From positions 99,572,001-99,636,000 of the forward strand of contig OX597820.1 in the NCBI GenBank assembly GCA_951406725.2: a stretch of DNA of 64,000 bases. Direction: 5' to 3'. This DNA comes from Octopus vulgaris. Its lineage: Eukaryota. The notes beneath the pieces are model-generated. The model searched no databases, had not been told where the DNA came from, and worked only from the letters and a program-made list of their open reading frames with translations. Shown piece after piece: positions 12,561-64,000 of the stretch. A program made the translations under genes and the position numbers. Within the stretch, counting starts at the first letter, position 1; every line of letters starts with the position of its first letter.

Positions 12561-13374
12561 ACGGTTTGCATAGACAGCTTATTGAAATTGAGATTTAGAT
12601 GTAGCAATGAAAATGTTTACCATTTTATTTATTACACTGAACAGGTGAGAAAATGATATCTGAAACTTTTACATATGTATACAGCATAATCCTTTCAGAT
12701 GTCTACATTTCACAATGTGTTCATCGGCCGGCGCGCTATATCCATTGCCTTTGTGCTTGTGTGCAATTGTTCCTTTCTGACTACAAAAAGTACATCAACT
12801 GAATGCATCTACTGAATCCGTTCAACGTGTATTTCTAATTCAACATGCATTTAAAATTACTACTTCAGAATCATCAGACAATATCATCGTTTTTACACGT
12901 TTTCTTTTCCTATTTACAATACAGCTGCTTTTCGACTGAATCCAAATGACAATTTTAACAAGACTAGAGATTGTTACAATGTCAGTCAGTATTTTCAAAC
13001 TAAACACCAATATACCTTTGTTTTACCTCTTTGTATTTTTTTTTTTTTACATTTTATTTTCTGTTTTAGTTAGCTACCAATCAAAACAACAAATATTGTT
13101 ATTTTATGGAAAATACGAACTTGATGAACAAGAACACGAAAACGTACTCGTAGTATGTCTATAAATTATGCAAGATTGGTTGTGTAAAAGTTTAGATGAA
13201 GATTTTTCTGTATCTACCGCTAATATTTCGCAGCCTTCGCATTTTTCTCTTCAAGTCCTGGTTTTACCATGAGAAATCTCTTCGTTCGTTACCCCCTTTG
13301 TTGTTTCATAGAGCGTTTTCATACTGTAGATTTAGTGGTCGCTCGTAAGACTAAGTTAATATAATTTCCAACCT

Positions 13375-55799
<42,425 letters not shown>

Positions 55800-57370
55800 C
55801 TGAAATAAAAAAAAATAAAATTAATGAACTCATTTATTGAAATTTATTGTCAACACCTGAAAAACAACAACTTTTGATTTTATTAGATACATAATGAAAC
55901 GAAAACATTAAGGATACTAATCGTGTAAAAATAATATGCAAAAAAGCATTATTATATATTTCTTTATTGCCCACAAGGGGCTAAACATAGAGGGGACAAA
56001 TAAGGTCTGTCTGCTCTATCACTGCCTAATAATATTTCCTTCTCCCCATGTAATGTGACTTCGATATATGTCGTCTGGTCTCAGTATTGAACAAGGGGTC
56101 ATTCTGTATGGTCATTCGATTTGCTGGAATTAACAATCAAATCTCCCTCAAATCTTATCCTGCAGTCTTGAATAAAAAATATTTTGGACAACACGATTGA
56201 CAACCGTTATTGGTTTGTTTACGTCCCCGCAAATTAGCGCTTCGGCAAACGGGACTGATGAAATAATTACAAGACTTTAAAAAAAAAAAATAAGGATCCA
56301 ATTAAAAACCACAAGGCATTTTCACCAGTACACTTCCGATCTGCTAATCATCTTACAACATTTCACTTTCACTACTACCAATAATTTTTTACATAGATAC
56401 AAAGCCAGCTATATTTTGAAACGGATAGTTATTGATAGGTTTTTAATTAATGAAATGCAGAAGAATGAAAGGCAATGTCAAACTCGGTAGAAAATTAACA
56501 AAATGATGGATTCATTTAGATACTGATACTCGACTAATTCTATCACTCTGTCCTTCTTATATCTTATTAATTATATTCTTTGTCACATCATACTTGTAGG
56601 CACAGCCCGTAGATAAGTCATCTGCTTCGTATTTTTCCAGCTGTGATTAATGAAAATAATTTAGTGCAGTTAGTTTTATCTCCTGAGATCAAGATACAGA
56701 GGCAATTCAACTGAAAAAAGTTCTTCACATATTATGCAAGTAACTGTTCTAGTTATTAAAATCTAGGTCGGCAACTGCTAGTTGTTAACCTTAATTTTTT
56801 TTATTCCAATCGCAACTTGTAGAATAATTCTGACATTGTATTCTCAGTGCGAAATATAGCCCCAAGAGTCTGACAGCTAGCAGGACAGGAAGCGGGGAAG
56901 AAAGAAATAAGAGAATAACGAAAAGAAAAGAAGAGATACAGAGAGCTAGAAAGTTCTTTTGGTACAGAGCAACATTCAAGTTTAAATATATTTATCAGAA
57001 AATGAATTTGCAACAAAGTCGACAGCGTATCTTCATAGCAAAAGTAGTATCGTTGGTTTGCATATAATCACTGTTATCATGATCAATAAAATTCACTTCA
57101 AGATATTACCTAACAGAAAAAGATTTTATTAGTATTGCAGTACTGAGTTTAAATCCACCAAAAGGAAAACAACTACGTTAAAATAAACTTTCCACAACAT
57201 ACTTTCATCCACTATGAAATTTTAATCTTCACGCTCCGTATTACTTTCCCCTTACAACGGAAAAAGAAAACCCAACCCAAAGTGCTTCACCAATTCCCTG
57301 AGAAAATCGGAGATAAGCACATTATAATTATCAATAATATACTTCAAGACTTACTCTGAAGGATTATTAT

Positions 57371-57430
<60 letters not shown>

Positions 57431-57722
57431 GTACGGGTAATAACAAACTATAAACAATAAACTCAAACACGTTCCGCATAATTGAAATGAAATCGTATGT
57501 AAAAATAATCAGATTAATGATTTCTTGATTCTAAAGGCGTGTAATTATAAAGACGTATCTTTTAAGATAAACTTCATTGTATATTATAAATATATTTGCC
57601 AAATATAAGAATAATCTGAAGTTGTACATAGAAATGATGATCATAGAAATATGATTGGAAATAGATTCTTCACAAAATATCGTAATAAAAAATCTTTTTA
57701 ATTAATCTTGAAACTACATAAT

Positions 57723-57823
<101 letters not shown>

Positions 57824-60444
57824 AACAAAATGAAGGAAAGTCTAAATTATTTATGTTTATAATGTATATTATGTAGGTATATTGAAAATATGAATATTTT
57901 AGTACATGAACATTGTAATATATGTTATACAGAAACCAATTTATATGTGTAGTGAATGCAATTTGAATAAAATTTGCATACTGCGATGTATGTATGTTTT
58001 ACTATAACCGCTTAATATACAAGGTAACTCATAACGATATTTATATTATATGTGTATAATATACATGCCCCATTGATTATTGACAAAATATACTACTTTT
58101 GGCGAACGAAATTTAATCAGAACCTAACCTGGAAATATACAATGTGTTGTAACAAGTTTGTATCAAATATATGTTTTGTCACTGTATGTATTTGATACTA
58201 GTTTCGACTTGTTCCTTTAAAATGCTATCATGACGACACGAGCGAACTAATTATAGGACGTGTGTAATTATGAAAACATTTGAAATTATTCTTTCCAATT
58301 TTTGGTACAAGGCCAGCAATTTTGAGGAGAGGGTGAAGTTCATTACATCGATCCCAGTGCTCAACGGGTTATTATTTTAGCGACTCCGAAAGAATGAAAG
58401 GCAAAGTCGACTTCAGCGGTGTTTGAATTCAGAACGTTAAAAAGCCGAAAGAATTGCCCTTAAAACATTTTGTTCGGCATGCTAATATTTCTGCAAGCTT
58501 CCTGCCTTAAACACTTTTGTAATTATAAAGACGTATATATTACAAAAAATTATAAATATTTTTTTTACCAAAAATTATAAATTTTCTCAATAACAAAAGT
58601 AAAATCGTAAGCAAGTAGAATATACCTAATTAAAAGTTGAACTTAATAAATACGTACGTACATTCATACATACATACATACATACATACATACATGTATG
58701 CATGCATGCTTGCATCCATCCATCCATCCATCCATACATACATACATACATACATACATACATACATACATACATACATACATACATACATACATACATA
58801 CATACATACATGTCGATGTTGAAATTCCAATAAAGGAGCCTTGGATCTAGGTTAGAAACTGGGTCTTTCTCAGTTCACAAGAAACCATGAAATAGAACTG
58901 AATAACACACACACACACGGCTTCTTTTAGTTTTCGTCCACCTATCCCACTAACAAGTCTTTGGTCGGCCTAGGACTATAATAGAAAATACCTGCCCAAT
59001 GTGCCACGCAGTGGGACTGAACCTGGAACCATGTGGCTGGGATGCAAACTTCTTAGCACACAGCCTATAAACATCAGCACACAATATCGGTTAGCAATTA
59101 GATATAAGTGGCATACGGCGGACAAGTAAAGGATATGTTCAGTCGAAGAGTTTCTAGAGATCTTAGAAAGAACTAACGAAAGAACACTTAGAAAGAACAA
59201 ATTAGTTGAAAGTCTGTTTGTCAACGTTTCAGTGGCAAATGCAAGAAAAAAACTATACTAAATAATTTGTACGATAAAAACACTCATTATTGTAAATAAC
59301 ATAGTACCCTTTACAACAAAATTATATTTAGCTGTCCTCAAGTGAAGTTATATGAGCTAGAAAGAGTATCTATGGGTTCGCTTTTGGTACCAAACATTCG
59401 CGATATTCTACCTGACGACAAAAGAAAAAACTGAACTACGGCCTAAACATACGATATATAATTTGTTATAAAGGAAACACTGGAAGATGTCGAGAATTTA
59501 AAAGACGTCTCAGAAAAAGAACTCTCTGCTAAGATTTAACATTCATAACAAACAAAACTTCTTGTAATATGCTAAATCCATTTCTAAGCATAAATAGTAA
59601 GATAGAAAAAAATAGATACATCATATCCGTTTACACTAAAGATTCACATGAACGGCTTCACTTAAATAAAGTGTATGTGCATACATAAAAATGTTAGTGG
59701 CGGAAAACCCTACATAAAAGTGTATTTAAATAGATTCTCACTCAAAAACGAAACGTTACATAAAGAAATCTAAAAAATGACACTAACACGGGAATGATAT
59801 AGACAGAAATACATTATAGACAAAAATATACCAGGAACTCCACCGATTAAAGATAAACAAATTACACAAAGTAAATTGTAAAAATTTAATACCCACAAAC
59901 TATAGGGTAGATGAACACGTCACAAACGTAAAATAGAACACAAAATTCATTGCATCGATCCATAAGCAAATACTAATAATATACAACAAAAATATTGGAA
60001 TTGTAAATATAAAAATATCCGTTACAAACTACATACGCAGAGTAGCTACTAATTATCAACGAGATACGCAAATTTGATTGTAAACGTGGAAGTTGTGAAG
60101 TTTACACCTCCATCTGATATATTTGGCATCACGTAACACAAAAGAAAATAGTGAAGAAAAACATTTGTAACCAACACGTCTATATTACACAAAATTCCTC
60201 ACAAATACGACTGATTAATGAAAGAAGCAATTCTCCCTGTATACTACTATTCTAAACGAGCAATACCTGATTGTTGATGGCATTAAGTGCTATGGAGAAG
60301 GAGGTAAGAAGAAGCAACGCACACCATTGCCACTGTAAACAGATGAGATTGCGAATGTATAGAAATATTGATGAGAAATTTACGAATTTAACTTTCCCAA
60401 ACAAACTGCAAGGAATGCATACGAAACAAGAAGAAAAATATTAA

Positions 60445-60793
60445 TCATCATCATTCATCATTGTTCGACCGTGGTCGAGACAATGGAATTTACCATGCTA
60501 CGCCAGACTTCACGGTCCATCGTGGCATTACGGAGGTCCTGTTGCTGGATGCCTGTATCCCTGAAGATTACATCAGGGTAGGAGAGTGTGCGCCCTCTGG
60601 TATTGCGAGTAGATGGCTTCCAGAGGAGAAGAGTAGAAATTGCCTCGTTTTCAGCTCTACAACAATGTCCAGCAAACTGGACTCTCCTACCTTTCACAAG
60701 AGATGACACAGGTGGTAGTTTCCCATATATTTGCATTTTGGTTGGATGACGCTTCCACGAGAGATTTTGAGCTCTCATAAGGAGGCGAGTGTA
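60445..60793 (-). mobile_element. RTE-like LINE 3' end
   Basis: YTRLLMRAQNLSWKRH..RRVQFAGHCCR..LLLWKP..DREVWR; (TGA)n tail. Confidence 0.8.
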
Positions 60794-60899
60794 AAATATT
60801 AATACAAGAAAAACAAAACAAAACCAAAAGACAATAGAATTCTGTTTACAATGTAACATTCATATATATGTACCTTTGAATGTATGCACCTACAATATC

Positions 60900-61322
60900 T
60901 ACTCTTTGACTTGTTTCCGTCATGTGACTGTGACCATGATGGAGCACCACCTTTGGTCGAGCAAATCGACCCCAGGACTTATTCTTTGTAAGCCTAGTAT
61001 TTATTCTATCGGTCTGTTTTGCCGAACCACTAAGTTACGGGGACGTAAACACACCAGCATCGGTTGTCAAGCGATGTTGGGGGACAAACACAGACACACA
61101 AACACACACACACACACACACATACACACACACACATACATATATATGTACATATACACGACGGGCTTCTTTCAGTTTCCGTCTACCAAATCCACTCACA
61201 AGGCTTTGGTCGGCCCGAGGCTATAGCTGAAGACACTTGCCCAAGGTGCCATGCAGTGGGACTGAACCCGAAACCATGAGGTTCGTAAGCAAGCTACTTA
61301 CCACACAGCCACTCCTACGCCT
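60900..61322 (-). mobile_element. SINE family A
   Basis: Full-length homology. Confidence 0.9.
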
Positions 61323-61779
61323 ATACATATGTATATATATATATAGATATATACACGCACACATATATATGTATGTAAATATATAAATATGTGTATATAA
61401 TATATATGCATACATGCATACATACATACATACATACATACATACATACATACATACATACATACATACATACATACATACATACATACATAACGAACTT
61501 TTTGTTTCACGAAATTTTTGAAAGTTCGTTATTGAGCGAGTTTTTAATATAAATATCTGTCAAGAACGAACCTCTTTTTTGAGAAAAAAGTCATGAATTT
61601 AAGTTGTTTTCATGCATTTATTTATCTTAATTATGATTTTGAAGTAGCATTTTTAAAGAAAAGTTGGTTATTTTGACATTATTATATAAAAAAAAAACAA
61701 TGTAAAAACAAAAGACGTAAAAATTTAAATTTAAGATTTGTGCTCTTATCTATGATGCTCAATTCTTCTTTGCAAGTGT

Positions 61780-63775
61780 CATAAATTAAAAAACCCACTT
61801 TTTTTAGTCTCTTTTTACTGTTAAGTAGACTTGATATTTTTTTCTGTTGAAAATATGTGCTTTAAACTTACAGGGCAAACCTTTGAACAAAGAATTTTAA
61901 GTTCATTAATTAATTCAAAGTACTTTTTAAAATCAGCTTTATTAACTTGTCTTCGTCAGTTGTCTTTTCTTCCATATAATTATTTAGAGATTTGGAATTT
62001 ATCATTCGAATCTTTTGTTTCATCTAGATTATTGCAACATTCTGTTTTTCTTGTTTTATAATTTTTTAGTTTAGTAAAAGTAACAGCATCATATTTTAAT
62101 TTTTGAGTTCCTTAAGTGCGCATTGCAGCTCGTATTCCCCATTTTTAAAACCTAATCCAGATGATTTTTTTTTAAGCGAATCTTCACTCATTGAATTCTG
62201 TTTTTGTAGACCTAAATTTTTCCAGCAATTTACAATTGTCTCTTTTACAACCGAACCCCATGCCTGGACTGACCAAAAAATATCCAATAATGATGTTCTT
62301 TTTGAATCGATTCTTTCTTTATTAACCAAATTTTTAATAAAAATCATTTAAATGAACAAATTATTCCTTCGTCTAAAGTTTGTAAATTTGCTTTTGTGTT
62401 CGGGAGTAGAAAAAAAGTTCTATATTTGAAAAGCTTTGTTGTTTGAGACACACTGCATTATCTATTTCTTTACTACCCACAAGGGGCTAAACATAGAGGG
62501 GACAAACAAGGACAGACAAATGGATTAAGTCGATCACATCGACCCCAGTGCGTAACTGGTACTTAATTTATCGACCCCGAAAGGATGAAAGGCAAAGTCA
62601 ACCTCGGCGGAATTTGAACTCAGAACGTAACGGCAGACGAAATACGGCTACGCACTTTGCACGGCGTGCTAACGTTTCTGCCAGCTGGAGCAACAATACT
62701 TCCCTCTGTTGTTTAAAAAATTCGTAATTGATTTCTTTTAGGTAAAATGAAACTGTTTTCCGTCATCTATGCCGTATTGCTGTTTTTATGATAAAATTCC
62801 TGTTCCGAAATGTCAATATTCGTGAAACAACGGGGTTTTAGACTTTTCCAATAAAAAGGAGTTTTAACTTCTCACCAGTTGCACCACATGTCAATAATAT
62901 TGTAATTCTTTCTTTTGATTCCTTTAATTTTGTATTATCATCGTTAGGAAAAACAACATTTAGTCGGCAATTTTTTGTAGAACAATGCAGTTTCATCTGT
63001 GTTAAAGATATTTTCTGCATTATATTCAAGAATTTTGACTTTAAATTTATCACGAAGTTCATTTATTTCATTTTCAGACACGTCAACTTCAGTACCGGTT
63101 TTAAATTTAACATTATTTCTTTTTAAAAAAGAATTTAACCACTCATCACTGGCCTTTTCCTCGTTCTCTTTCGCAATTTCCAAAGTTTTTTGTTTGATGA
63201 TATTCTCATTTATTGGGATTTTTTGTGATCTAATATTTTTAAGTTCTTCAATAAGTGATTCATCTACCTTGGTTTAATTGATTAATTGGTTGTGATTTTT
63301 CATGTTTAAATTCTTTCCCGATTGAAGTATATCACGATAAGTACATAGTTTTTTCTAATTTTTTCAAAGTTCGGATATTGTTGATTTTGGTATTTCTTTT
63401 ATTCTTTTATTCTTTTACTTGTTTCAGTCATTTTGACTGCGGCCATGCTGGAGCACCGCCTTTAGTCGAGCAAATCGACCCCGGGACTTATTCTTTGTAA
63501 GCCCAGTACTTATTCTATCGGTTTCTTTTGCCGAACCGCTAAGTGACGGGAACATAAACACACCAGCATCGGTTGTCAAGCAATGCTAGGGGCACAAACA
63601 CAGACACACAAACACACACACACGCATATATATATACATATATACGACAGGCTTCTTTCAGTTTCCGTCTACCAAATCCACTCACAAATGAAGCTTTGTG
63701 TTTTTTCAAATCATCAAGAACTTCTTTTTTAGTTTTGATAGAATATGCATTCCGTTTATGTTGTTCCGCCATGCG
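61780..63775 (-). mobile_element. Decayed Tigger/pogo transposase with two SINE insertions (62462-62686 family B; 63398-63687 family A)
   Basis: MAEQHKRNAYSIKTK, KASDEWLNSF, IFNTDETALF, KERITILL..GEKLKLLFIGK, LQTLDEGII. Confidence 0.85.
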
Positions 63776-64000
63776 GTTGTATATTATTTTGTTTCTAATT
63801 TTAAAATGAAAAATATAATTTGTTAAGAATTTCCAAGTAAACTTTAAAGAATTCAGAATACTAATAATGTTGTAAAAATGAAAAAAAATATGAAGAATAG
63901 TTGTTTTGGAAGCCTCAACAATGCAGATGGGTAAAACTCCAAGTAACAAAATCTGGAGGTATTGAGAGAGGGAGATGTAAGAGGAAGCACAGAAACGTAG

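Overview
AT-rich, microsatellite-dense eukaryotic DNA. The SINE families and simple-repeat load look like a coleoid cephalopod (Octopus-like; this is inference). One host gene is present: a minus-strand, multi-exon sodium:solute symporter (SSS/SLC5, DUR3 urea-transporter-like). Six phase-compatible GT-AG exons (55799-55683, 30397-30050, 28232-27944, 21367-21202, 17885-17410, 14012-13375) give 677 aa; the N-terminal exon(s) were not found and probably lie beyond 64000. The rest is mostly transposon debris: mariners, Tigger, hAT remnants, Helitrons, piggyBac and mariner MITEs, RTE/CR1/REL-type LINE fragments, two tRNA-SINE families and a decayed Penelope-like (RT-linker/GIY-YIG) ORF. Most short ORFs in the track are microsatellite read-throughs. 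The most striking hidden signal is a set of sequence-unrelated short elements inserted at (TA)n/(CA)n tracts. They share the layout microsatellite-[inverted arm]-[sense arm + 3' tail]-microsatellite and carry minimal type I hammerhead ribozyme motifs (CUGANGA...GAAAC-palindrome-GUH). Several inversion breakpoints fall at or inside the ribozyme, and one family is a tRNA-headed SINE fused to a hammerhead. No ribozyme activity has been tested; the folds were read by eye.
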